Shown piece after piece: positions 30,931-40,600 of a stretch of 64,000 bases of DNA. Source of the stretch: an uncultured bacterium (GTDB taxonomy: Bacteria; CSSED10-310; CAZUFC01). Numbering within the stretch: position 1 is the stretch's first letter; each line of letters starts with the position of its first letter. Location: the NCBI GenBank assembly GCA_964619725.1, contig CAZUFC010000019.1, forward strand, positions 1,161-65,160, read 5' to 3'. The notes under the pieces are model-generated. The model was not told where the DNA came from. It saw only the letters and a list, made by a program, of their open reading frames with translations, and ran no database searches. The translations under genes and the position numbers were made by a program.

Positions 30931-31997
30931 TGTTCGATGACCTTGACGGGCGAATGATTTTCCAGCGACTGGACGGACGAGACGATAAGCGTTTCCCCTG
31001 TTTTCAAGCCTGCCGCCGCTTCGATTTGATCCTTATTTTCGTAACCCGTCTGTATTTCTCTGAGCTTGGCCACGGGATGCTCCAGGTATGATTCTTCAAC
31101 GACGAATACATAAGTTTTGTCGTCGATCTCCCTTACCGCTCTCCGGGGAACCGTTATGATTCCGCTTAGCTGCTTTACTATAATGGATGCTCTGGCGAAA
31201 ACCCCCGACATAATTTCCTGTCCTAGAGGCTGCGTTTTAATTTTTATTTTTACTGTCCTGTCCCGGTCATCCACGGTCATACCCACTTCATCAACCTCGC
31301 CCATCAGGATTTTCCCGGGAGGCGATTCAAGCTCTATTTCCACAGCCTGGCCCGGCTGAACGCTTGCAACGTCATCCAGCGGAATAGATGTTTTCATCAC
31401 ATATTCATCTCTGTCTTCAATTCTTGCGATTTCAACGCCTTTTTCAATCCGTGCTCCGGGAATAAAGTCGCCTATGTTGGTAATAACGCCGTCAAAAGGA
31501 CTGACCAGTTTCGATTTCTGAAGCTCAAGCTTCGATAAATCGTAATCGATCCTGGCCAGTTGATAATCATATTCCGCCTGCTCCAATTCAGACCTGGGTA
31601 TTATACGGCTTTGACTCGCCTCCAGTTTAAGCTCGTAATCCTTCTTCTTGCGTTTGTAATCCAATTCCGCATATTGAGCCTTCAGGCGTTTCGTTTCATT
31701 GTCCACCGTAGCTATAACCTGGTTTTTACTCACGGGCATGCCGATTTTCATACCTTCCAGGACTGTTTCCAGACGCCCCTCGAAAGGCGTCTTTATAACA
31801 GCATTTTTACATGATTCCAGGTTGCCGCTGCATTCCACACGGATGTCCATGCCACTCAGCTCAGTCTGAGAAGTCAAGACAGGATATAACATATACGATG
31901 CCCTGGCCTGTTTATAATCGCTGTCGCCGGAGTAACCGCAGGCTGTGAGTAAACTAAGGAGACCCAGTAAAATTACGTTGCACTTTTTTTTGATCAT
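30927..31997 (-). CDS. RND periplasmic adaptor (membrane fusion) lipoprotein
   Basis: Lipobox LLTAC; lipoyl half-motifs around a helical hairpin, SPFDGVI, V.PGQ.V, VPRRAV, GLK.GE..I. Confidence 0.92.
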   Translation of the reverse strand: MIKKKCNVILLGLLSLLTACGYSGDSDYKQARASYMLYPVLTSQTELSGMDIRVECSGNLESCKNAVIKTPFEGRLETVLEGMKIGMPVSKNQVIATVDNETKRLKAQYAELDYKRKKKDYELKLEASQSRIIPRSELEQAEYDYQLARIDYDLSKLELQKSKLVSPFDGVITNIGDFIPGARIEKGVEIARIEDRDEYVMKTSIPLDDVASVQPGQAVEIELESPPGKILMGEVDEVGMTVDDRDRTVKIKIKTQPLGQEIMSGVFARASIIVKQLSGIITVPRRAVREIDDKTYVFVVEESYLEHPVAKLREIQTGYENKDQIEAAAGLKTGETLIVSSVQSLENHSPVKVIEQ

Positions 31998-32004
31998 AAT
32001 GCAA

Positions 32005-32751
32005 TCACCTTTGAAGTAAATATTTTTCCGTATTTTGTAATCTTATAATCGTCAAAAGCATGAGTGCTGCTGCTGCGCCCATCAGGACGAGCCTGTTTTG
32101 GAGGACTATAATGGTCCAGTTAAAAGGCATTCTGAAAGAACGGGGCAGAACAGCCCAGAAAAAGGGGTCGGCGTTATCTGTAAATTTTGAGCATATTGTC
32201 AGGCATATAGCAGCAGCGAACAGCGTTTTCGTTCCGCTGCGGAAGATGCTGCCCAGGAACAGGCATACTGTTTGAATAAAAAAGAGAGGGGGCAGAACAT
32301 GCACCCAGAACTTCGGCAAATCCAGAAGAATTTCCTCCAGTTCCGAATGTCGAAAAGTAGATGTGGGGGACAACAGAGCGGCTGCTTTCATTATAAGAAG
32401 ATGTCCCGGTACGATGCTTAAAGCGATGACTGCTGCGATCGCGGCCAGGAACAAAAACAATGCGATTGATTTGGACAGAATTACACCGGAGAAACCCCTG
32501 TCGGATGTGAATATAAATTCATGGGTCTGGTTGCGAAATTCCGAAGCGATCAAATTGGAGCTGAGGAGGAGAGTGATGACGCCTAGAGTAAGAGCATAAA
32601 GAATGAATATCGTTTCAAATAGATTCAGGGAGCTCAGGAGGACCAAAGCCAGGATGAACCAGTCGCTGTTTTTTCCCATACATTGTCTGGCGACGTATCT
32701 TCCGTAACGCAGAAAAAGGGCGAATTTATGAATAATGCGGGAAATGTTCAT
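32005..32751 (-). CDS. ABC-2 type permease-like membrane protein
   Basis: About six TM helices; ASEFRNQTHEFIFT...ILSK motif; C-terminal NRLVL; overlaps the ABC ATPase stop. Confidence 0.72.
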   Translation of the reverse strand: MNISRIIHKFALFLRYGRYVARQCMGKNSDWFILALVLLSSLNLFETIFILYALTLGVITLLLSSNLIASEFRNQTHEFIFTSDRGFSGVILSKSIALFLFLAAIAAVIALSIVPGHLLIMKAAALLSPTSTFRHSELEEILLDLPKFWVHVLPPLFFIQTVCLFLGSIFRSGTKTLFAAAICLTICSKFTDNADPFFWAVLPRSFRMPFNWTIIVLQNRLVLMGAAAALMLLTIIRLQNTEKYLLQR

Positions 32752-33629
32752 AAGCTTTTTTCGATGCTGCGCCTCCGCAGCCAGGCTATATAAACGTCTT
32801 CAAAAATGGGAAGGGTTTTTTCGTATCCCGGCGGTTGACTCAGCGACAATTTTTTAAAGATACGGTATGGGCCGTCCTGTCTGATGGAAATGATCCGTTC
32901 ATCGGTGGTTTCCGTGGCGTCGTCGCGGATACTGCCTTTCTCCCAGATAAAAGGCATCATTTCCTGGAAAAGGTCAGCCGGCGTTCCCAGGAATCCTATT
33001 CTTCCCTTCTCCATAATTGCGAGCTTGTTGCAGGTTATTTCAATATCCTCGACAATATGAGTCGACAGTATGATCAAGCGGTCTCCGGGCAGGTCCGATA
33101 AAATATTGCGGAAGGAAATGCGCTCTTCAGGGTCCAGTCCGGCGGTGGGTTCATCGACAATCAGAAAAACAGGATCGTTCAGGAGGGCCTGAGCGATACC
33201 CAGCCGCCTTTTCATCCCCCCGGAATAGGACGTCAAAGCTGTGTTGCGGTATTCCCACAGTCCTACCAGCTCCAGCAGCTTGCGGGACCGTTTTTTTATG
33301 ATGTGATGGTAATCCGAATAAAAGTGTGCCATAAAATTGAGGAATTCCAGGGCATTGATGCGGGGCGGTACGCCGAAAGTCTGGGGGAGGTAACCGATTT
33401 TTGACAGGACAGCACGCCTTTTTTTGGGATGAAACATATCAGAATCGCCGATAGTCACCTGGCCTGCATCGGGAAAGGAAAGCCCGGTCAGAATGCGGAT
33501 GAACGTCGTTTTGCCGGCCCCGTTAGGTCCCAGCAATCCCAGAATGCCTTCCTCGATTTCCAGATTCAATCCGCATAATGCATTCACCTCACCAAAACTT
33601 TTGTGGATATTTTCCGCTTTAATTTTCAA
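32748..33629 (-). CDS. ABC transporter ATP-binding protein
   Basis: GPNGAGKTT, YLPQ, YSGGMKRRLGIAQAL, IVDEPTAGLDP, STH. Start refined to TTG 33629 (AAGGAG upstream). Confidence 0.93.
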   Translation of the reverse strand: MKIKAENIHKSFGEVNALCGLNLEIEEGILGLLGPNGAGKTTFIRILTGLSFPDAGQVTIGDSDMFHPKKRRAVLSKIGYLPQTFGVPPRINALEFLNFMAHFYSDYHHIIKKRSRKLLELVGLWEYRNTALTSYSGGMKRRLGIAQALLNDPVFLIVDEPTAGLDPEERISFRNILSDLPGDRLIILSTHIVEDIEITCNKLAIMEKGRIGFLGTPADLFQEMMPFIWEKGSIRDDATETTDERIISIRQDGPYRIFKKLSLSQPPGYEKTLPIFEDVYIAWLRRRSIEKSL

Positions 33630-33778
33630 AGCCGGTTCTCCTTTTACCGGAATCGCCGTCAATGTGAGATTTTTTATGGCTTTCCAGCGGTTCCGGCTGT
33701 CCCGATTTAACGCTTTTTCTCATGCTGCTTTTTTTTCCATGCGAAAGTTCAACAAACTTATGTTTAATCCGAGGATTT

Positions 33779-36505
33779 TCAATCAGTCAACTCCACATTA
33801 GCCGTAAAATAATGGGAAAAATTCATGGTCCTGTTTTTTGGGTCCAGAGTAACGGTTTTGGGTTTGGAGCGTGTTTTCAATTCGAGTTGGAGAATTTGAT
33901 CCTGGGGTAGTGCGACGTTGACGGTTTTTTTCTCACTCAAGCTTTCCAGCGTCAAAGGAACCGGAGATTTAAAGTCTCCTTCATTTTTCACCGTAATGTG
34001 GGTAATATATCCGTCGAGGGTCTTTTCAGCACGGCATTTTTTAACGGCGTAAGAAAGCGAGCCTGCCTGGGTCAGGAACATCGCCACGGCATCATGCACG
34101 ACGGGATCATCTGCCTGCTTCTTGAGGTATTCAATGAAATCCCAGATTTCTGCGGACTGATACAAGTATTTTTTCCAGAAGGCTTGTATCAGTTCGATAT
34201 AGCGGTCTCTGCCGATGAGATAGTCCATAGTCGCGTGAAACTGGACGCATTTTTTCTGATATATGCCCAGCATATCGGGATTCTGTGAATCGAACTCAGT
34301 GAGTATCATGGAATTCCAGATGGTCATTTCACTTTCTCTTTTATATGTGAAGTAGAATCCGAGTGAAGAAGTAAGGGAGTTCATGTATCGAATGAGCGCT
34401 CTTGTGAGTATCTCCTGAGCTGGACCTGTAATTCTGACGTTATGGTACCATGCGGTATTGAGTATGGGTCGGACGATAAAATCATAAGCCCAGTCTGTTT
34501 TTTTGCCGCTGTAAACAGACTTGTCCCAGTTCATGCGGAAGGAAGTTTCGGAGAGCGTAATCGGCGGAGTTTTTCTGTATGTAAGCATTCCATTCCATTC
34601 TATTATCATCGCTGCATCCAGGTTGGGCGGACCGGGTAAGACTTCATCCGGTTTGTATTGAGGTCCCAGGTGATCATTAATGCGTTGCAGCCGGTCACGG
34701 TGTTCCGGCAGATGGAGCATAAGAACGGGTAAGGCGCCGAGCATGAAACGGGTTTCCTCGAATGGTCCCCAGACGAGATATATTTCCCGAATTGGACGAG
34801 TCGTTTTCCAAGTTATGAAATCAGAATGGGATTCAAGTTCCGACTTTTCTCCGACAGTCCAATAGGGAATATCGCAACGGGGAACATGAATTGCGGCCTG
34901 AAAGAAACCCGGATGATGCCGGCTGAGTTTGTGGTCTTCGAAATCGTATGCCGGAATGGGATACCAGTTGTCTTCCAATAACAAGAATCCGCGTTCGGTG
35001 AAAGCGTCATAACGGGCCCCCCTGTCGGGCTCGTAATAATTGAATTCAAAAAGCTGAGCTCTTGTGATTATTTTTTTTCCGAGCGAACCCAGGAAAGAAT
35101 TGAGATTCTCATATTTAAAATTCAGCTCAGCTCCCGCAGGAATTATTCCTGTCCAGGCATCAGAATAATGTAGTTTTATAATGGTTGAATCGCCCGGCGG
35201 CAGGGGGGATTCCGGTTTTATTTTCAGGAGGGAATGCATCCTGAAGAAGGAGAGAGCAACGTTGGAGCTGTTGTCGGTGATTTTTTGGATGAAGTATCGG
35301 GGATTCAGCATGAGGTCGATGGACTTCAGATTTTGATTTCCCTGGTTTTTCAAGGTCATTTCGGCCTGGATTTGCATTTTACCCGTATGAGGTCCGACCA
35401 GTATGCGAATATCATAGCGGGATATGTGCAGATGCTGATAATCGGCGATCATATGTGAAGCCGACAGCCTTTCCAGCTCCTCCGTATTTTTCAATTGAGC
35501 GACGGCATCCTGTCGAAGCCATAATTCCCGGAAGATCAGTATAGCCAGGGTAAGGAAAAGGAGGAAAAGAGACAACCTCAGCGGGCGTTTGGGTTTTATT
35601 TTTTTGAGTTTCGGTTTTCCAGGTTTGAAAAGAGTGAGCAGTGACCGGAACTTTGAGGCGACGTCTTCGATGAGGTCTTTTTTATGGCGAAAAAGCAGGG
35701 ATGATTTATTTTGAATAGTTATAAACAGGAATAATGGGATGAGAAAAACCTGCGCCAACCTTCTGTATATAAAAGGAGCTATACCGGCGGGAAAGCCGAG
35801 GGTCTGGGTGAATTCGGTCTGAAGAAGTGTAAGTCCCATCAGATCGGAAAGAGCATAGGAGCAGGTAATCAAAAATTCTGAAATCACTAGAAAAAACATG
35901 GAGAGGACGAGGGGAATGAATGCGGACTGAAAACATGAGCTGACGGCCAGGGCAAGAGAAACGGCAATAAAAATGGAAACCGTCGCAGATAAAAAATAAA
36001 ATAAATAAAGCCAGGGAATCGGCGCTTCCGCGGCTGCGATCAATTCAGTAAAGAATCCTATAGAGCCGCTTAAGAAGAGGCCCAGGCATGCCGGCGCCGT
36101 CAGAATGAGGAATATACCCAGGGTCTGCTCCAGCGCCGAATAGGGTTTGACTCTGAGCATTTCTTCCATCTTATGCTTAATGTTTCGGTGCCAGGATTCA
36201 GGGACGGCCAGGATGGAAAGCAGCATAACCGGAACGGAGGGACAGAGTATCGAAAGAGACGCTGCAAACCCCGACCAGCAATTTTCTCCAGTCAGGGAAG
36301 CAATACCGTAAACAGAGGCCAGTCTATAGGCTTTCGTTCCCAGATACCCCAGGTTGCGGAGATCAATCTGCAGGACCGTAAGAATGCAGATGGGCAATGT
36401 CAAAAATGATGGCAACAGCAGCAAAAACCAGAAAAGGTATCCTCTTTTCTGGTAAAGCAGTTCAAATCCGGCGAATCCGGAAATTCTTCTTAATGATTCA
36501 ATCAT
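33779..36505 (-). CDS. ABC permease fused to a degenerate M1 aminopeptidase-like ectodomain
   Basis: N-terminal ~330 aa multi-TM with EMLRVKPYS; then an M1-like fold (A.MTLKN, I.L.LNP, PL.PG....I..HY, WYP, Y.K....H......IG.D.Y.......Y.Y......DF, V.LDP). No HEXXH. Confidence 0.75.
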   Translation of the reverse strand: MIESLRRISGFAGFELLYQKRGYLFWFLLLLPSFLTLPICILTVLQIDLRNLGYLGTKAYRLASVYGIASLTGENCWSGFAASLSILCPSVPVMLLSILAVPESWHRNIKHKMEEMLRVKPYSALEQTLGIFLILTAPACLGLFLSGSIGFFTELIAAAEAPIPWLYLFYFLSATVSIFIAVSLALAVSSCFQSAFIPLVLSMFFLVISEFLITCSYALSDLMGLTLLQTEFTQTLGFPAGIAPFIYRRLAQVFLIPLFLFITIQNKSSLLFRHKKDLIEDVASKFRSLLTLFKPGKPKLKKIKPKRPLRLSLFLLFLTLAILIFRELWLRQDAVAQLKNTEELERLSASHMIADYQHLHISRYDIRILVGPHTGKMQIQAEMTLKNQGNQNLKSIDLMLNPRYFIQKITDNSSNVALSFFRMHSLLKIKPESPLPPGDSTIIKLHYSDAWTGIIPAGAELNFKYENLNSFLGSLGKKIITRAQLFEFNYYEPDRGARYDAFTERGFLLLEDNWYPIPAYDFEDHKLSRHHPGFFQAAIHVPRCDIPYWTVGEKSELESHSDFITWKTTRPIREIYLVWGPFEETRFMLGALPVLMLHLPEHRDRLQRINDHLGPQYKPDEVLPGPPNLDAAMIIEWNGMLTYRKTPPITLSETSFRMNWDKSVYSGKKTDWAYDFIVRPILNTAWYHNVRITGPAQEILTRALIRYMNSLTSSLGFYFTYKRESEMTIWNSMILTEFDSQNPDMLGIYQKKCVQFHATMDYLIGRDRYIELIQAFWKKYLYQSAEIWDFIEYLKKQADDPVVHDAVAMFLTQAGSLSYAVKKCRAEKTLDGYITHITVKNEGDFKSPVPLTLESLSEKKTVNVALPQDQILQLELKTRSKPKTVTLDPKNRTMNFSHYFTANVELTD

Positions 36506-37205
36506 TTTTTTTCAAGGATTCGGGTTCCAATTGAGCCTGCAGGTTAAGAAGGGCGATTCGTGATGCCAGAAAATCGCCGTCGATTTTCAGCGCTTTCAAA
36601 AAGCATTCCTGAGCCTTATTATGCTGATCTTCATACCATTCTATCAGCCCCTTCAGATGATAGGCCTGAGGAAGCTCCTTACTGACAGCGATAGAACTTT
36701 CAATATCCCTTCTCGCTCCGGCTATGTCGTTCACCTTGAGTCGTCTTCCTGCTATTTCGAGCAGGTAATGAGCCGTTTTATTCTTGAACCCGGTTTCGCG
36801 ATCATTGCGGGCAACTGTGGTAAGGAGCTCAGGAACGACTTCTGAAAGAAGTGAAATTTGATCTTCTAGTGACTGGGAACCCATTGCCTCCAATCGGGAA
36901 TCCATGCATTCCGATGCGGCCCTGACCCCCAGCGACCGAAATACCGGCAAAAAAGTCCACCAGCCTGGAGCGTCCGATCTCATTAATTTAAAATATATCC
37001 TGTCTGCGCCGGCCCTGTCGCCGCGTTGAACCAGTTTATGCGCTTTTTTAAGCTCCCCGGAAGGCATACAACCTCCGGCGAAAATCACGATTATTACGAT
37101 CAAGGCTGATAAATCGAACTTCGGGACCGCTAGGCTGCGTCTTCTTTCCACCCTCCGTGTTCGTATGACTGATGCCCTTGAATTCATGACCCCATTACTC
37201 TCCAA
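36498..37205 (-). CDS. TPR-containing putative lipoprotein, first gene of the export operon
   Basis: Hydrophobic stretch ending IFAGGC (lipobox); TPR-like AYHLKGLI......KAQECFLKALKID. True start uncertain. Confidence 0.7.
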   Translation of the reverse strand: MESNGVMNSRASVIRTRRVERRRSLAVPKFDLSALIVIIVIFAGGCMPSGELKKAHKLVQRGDRAGADRIYFKLMRSDAPGWWTFLPVFRSLGVRAASECMDSRLEAMGSQSLEDQISLLSEVVPELLTTVARNDRETGFKNKTAHYLLEIAGRRLKVNDIAGARRDIESSIAVSKELPQAYHLKGLIEWYEDQHNKAQECFLKALKIDGDFLASRIALLNLQAQLEPESLKKND

Positions 37206-37464
37206 ATGTCCTCTTGGCTTTCATCCATCTATATTCCTTGATCGACCGGCGGCTTTCGTCGAACAATTCATGCTTATTTCTCATACCATGCCGTTAACTC
37301 TGAATTGCAGCTCTGACGTTCGAGCAACCCTAAAAAACCGAATTTACGCGTCACCGTTTGCTGGGAATAAAAAAAAATTGCCCGGATTTGAATCTTTGAT
37401 TGAAAGAAAAATACCTCGTTTCCATTGCTCTGGCTCAATCTGCCGAAACTTGAAAATCATTTAA

Positions 37465-37493
37465 AATATAGGAACAAATAATCAAAAAGTCAA
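37465..37493 (-). promoter_or_regulatory. Putative sigma70 promoter for the export operon
   Basis: Minus strand TTGACT-N17-TATATT. Confidence 0.55.
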
Positions 37494-37517
37494 AGAGTGT
37501 TGTAGGCGTGAAAAGGT

Positions 37518-37546
37518 TTGACTTTTTTTTATCAGGGATATAAATT
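37518..37546 (+). promoter_or_regulatory. Putative sigma70 promoter for 37645..41271, back-to-back with the previous one
   Basis: TTGACT-N17-TAAATT. Confidence 0.45.
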
Positions 37547-37644
37547 GAAAATATATTCTCCTTTACGGAAATTGGGCTAGTTGAGGAAATCAGCGATCAG
37601 AACATGAATTCGATATTTTTTTTGATTATTTAAGGATTGAAAAG

Positions 37645-40600
37645 ATGAAACTTTTTAGGATGGCGAGAGTCTTGATTGTTTTTTTTGTTTTAATTTCAAT
37701 AAGTTGTTCAGCCCTGGGTCATTATGGAGGATTTTACGGATCAGACATGACCGGTTCGAAGGGATGGAGCGATGATCCGGCGGTGAATATACGCGTAAGT
37801 GCATCGCAGGGTGATCAGGCGAACCAGAGAGTAATTTCTGACGGTCAGGGGGGTTTCATCACGGCCTGGGAGAGGTTGGGGGATATATTTGTACAGCGGC
37901 TGGACGAATATGGCGAGCGCGACTGGGGAACCGAGGGAGTGACGGTATGCGGTGATGCTTCATTACAGGAGATGTCGGGTATATGTCGTGACGGTTCGGG
38001 AGGCGCCATAATAGTATGGAGGGATGCTCGGAACGGGGTTATGGGAATCTGGGGACAGCGAATCGGAGCATCCGGGAGTCCCATGTGGACCATTGACGGC
38101 GTGCAGGTATCGGGAAGCGGCGATTATACGGGAGGTCAGGCGATATCGGATGATGCCGGCGGGGTTTATGTTGTGTATGAGGGATCAGAGAGCGGAGTTT
38201 TTTGTACGAGGTTAGACGGGATGGACGGAAGCGAAATTTGGACCATTCAAACCGATGCATCCGGTATGCTGTGCAGTGGAACTGCGGCAGCGGAAGACGG
38301 AACGGGCGGAGTTTTGCTGGGATGGGAGAGGAGAAGCGTGCTGTTTTATGGAAAATTCGTGATGAGCATGGGAGGAGGAGCCAGGGACGACGGTTCGATA
38401 TATTTAAAGGATACTATAGGGCAATCATCGCCTCCTGGAGAATCAAGCGATGAGAATTACAGTGTGAAAGGTGGATTCTGGAAGCCTACGCATGCGAATT
38501 TGCCGATAAGCGAAAGCGATATATATGTGCAGAGACTTGATTCCGCCGGGACCGAATTATGGGGAGCCGGCGGCATATGTTTGTATGATACGTCTGAAGC
38601 GCAGAAAAATCCTCGAGCGGCATCAGACGGAAGCGGGTGCGGATTTTTCGTTTGGGAGGATATGAGGTCTCCGAGCAACACCAGGAGTCTGTATATACAA
38701 AAGATCGACAGTGGAGGTTCAATCGTATGGCGAGCTGACGGCGTTCAGGTATATGCCGGAGGAGCGAGCGAGTATGAGCTTATGAGTCATGCTGTAGTAT
38801 CGGATTCTGAAGGCGGAGCGGTCATAACCTGGTGTGCTGGGAATCGTGATGTTTATGCAACCCGAATAGACTCAAACGGAGATAATGCCTGGGGGGGAGA
38901 GGTCGCTCTAACGGATCACGAAGAGACGTCGGGTGTATCGGATTATCCCTATCAATCGGTATCGGACGGACTGGGCGGAGCGTTTACGGTATTTTCACGC
39001 CGGAACGAGCCGGCAAACAGTTATGAGATAGTATGTCAGAGCGTCGCGTATAATGGAAGTTTACCCTGGGGAATAAACGGAGAAGCGGTATGCATTTATG
39101 CTCAGGGAGAGCGGTATAACGCATTGGTTGCGAAATGCGACGGGAACATGACCGGCGCTCTATGTTGCTGGATTGACGAAAGGACAGTCGATTCGGAGGC
39201 CCTTTACGTAATGGGAATAAACCTCTACGGCGAACTCGGCGATCCCTGTTCGACGCTTCCTACAATAACGCCCACATTGACGCCTGTTCCGCCTACGCCG
39301 ACTCCTGAGCCGCCCACACTTACTCCGACTATTCCTCCGCCTCCGGCAGTCGTCTGGATCGACGATGACTTTAACGATTCGACTCCGGGCTGGGGTTACG
39401 ATCATTTTTCAGTCATTCAGGCCGGCTTGGATGCCGTGGCTGACGGCGGCGATATATATGTTGCTTCCGGTCTTTACAATGAAACAATCGGCTTCGATTC
39501 ATCATTTAATAAAAACAATATTTCCTTTTTCGGCGAATCCGGCGACAGACCGACGGTAGCAGGCGGCATGCATTTCGACAACGACGCAGCGATCTTAAAT
39601 ATTAACTTTGAAAACATGTATTTCAAAGGAGATGCCGGAGGTAATAATGCCGTAATAGGAATGACCAATTTGGGAGCTGTCCAGAATTTCAGCATGAAAA
39701 ACTGCGTTATAGACGGAGAAAACGCAATCGACAGGCATGGATTGGCCGGTAAAAACTTTGAGGGTTCTTTTTCCGTCACGGATACGGAGTTCAAGAACAT
39801 TTTGGGCTGGGCTGCAATGGATATGAACATCGACAGCCCGGATGGAGCGAATGAGCTGCCCATAAATTCGATCACATTCACAGGCAATTACATCCATGAT
39901 TCAAACGGGGTAACCGCTTTAAGGGGAAATGAAATCACGCGAAGCATCCTGGTTAATGTTGCCGATAATTCCTGGGACAACATCGGAGGAAACGGAGGAG
40001 CTGCAGGGGGACATTGGACGGCTCTGGAGGTCAACCATTCTGCAGAAGTAAACATCTACGGCAATGCGATCAACGATGTCAGCCAGGGGCAGAATTCTGA
40101 AGGCAAAGCGATTATCGTGTGGGATATTGTAGAGCTCATCTGCCGTTGCAATGATATAACGAACAATTATGAGGGCATATACGTTTACGGGGGCGGCGGC
40201 GTTTATGGCGGTCCTTATGCCGTGCCTTTCGGATATGTCGCATACAATAATATCATGAACAATTCCGAGTATGGTCTGACTGTCGATGATTATGCAACGG
40301 GGGACCCTCTAAGGGCCGACTTCAATTACTGGAATGCGGCTGACGGTCCGGGAGGCGATGCCGAGGGAAGCGGGGATGCTGTTTACGGTAATGCCGTGTG
40401 GGAGCCCTGGCTGAATGCAGTGCAGGAGCCGCCTTGTCCGCCTCCCTGTTACAATGACGGCGATGTCGACAATAACGGGAGTTTAACCCCGAATGACGGC
40501 ATGATGACATTCAGGATATACATCGGATACATTTCATATCCGACTTACGAAGAGGAGTGTTCTTCAGATTGTGACGGAAACGGTTATATATCACCTGGAG

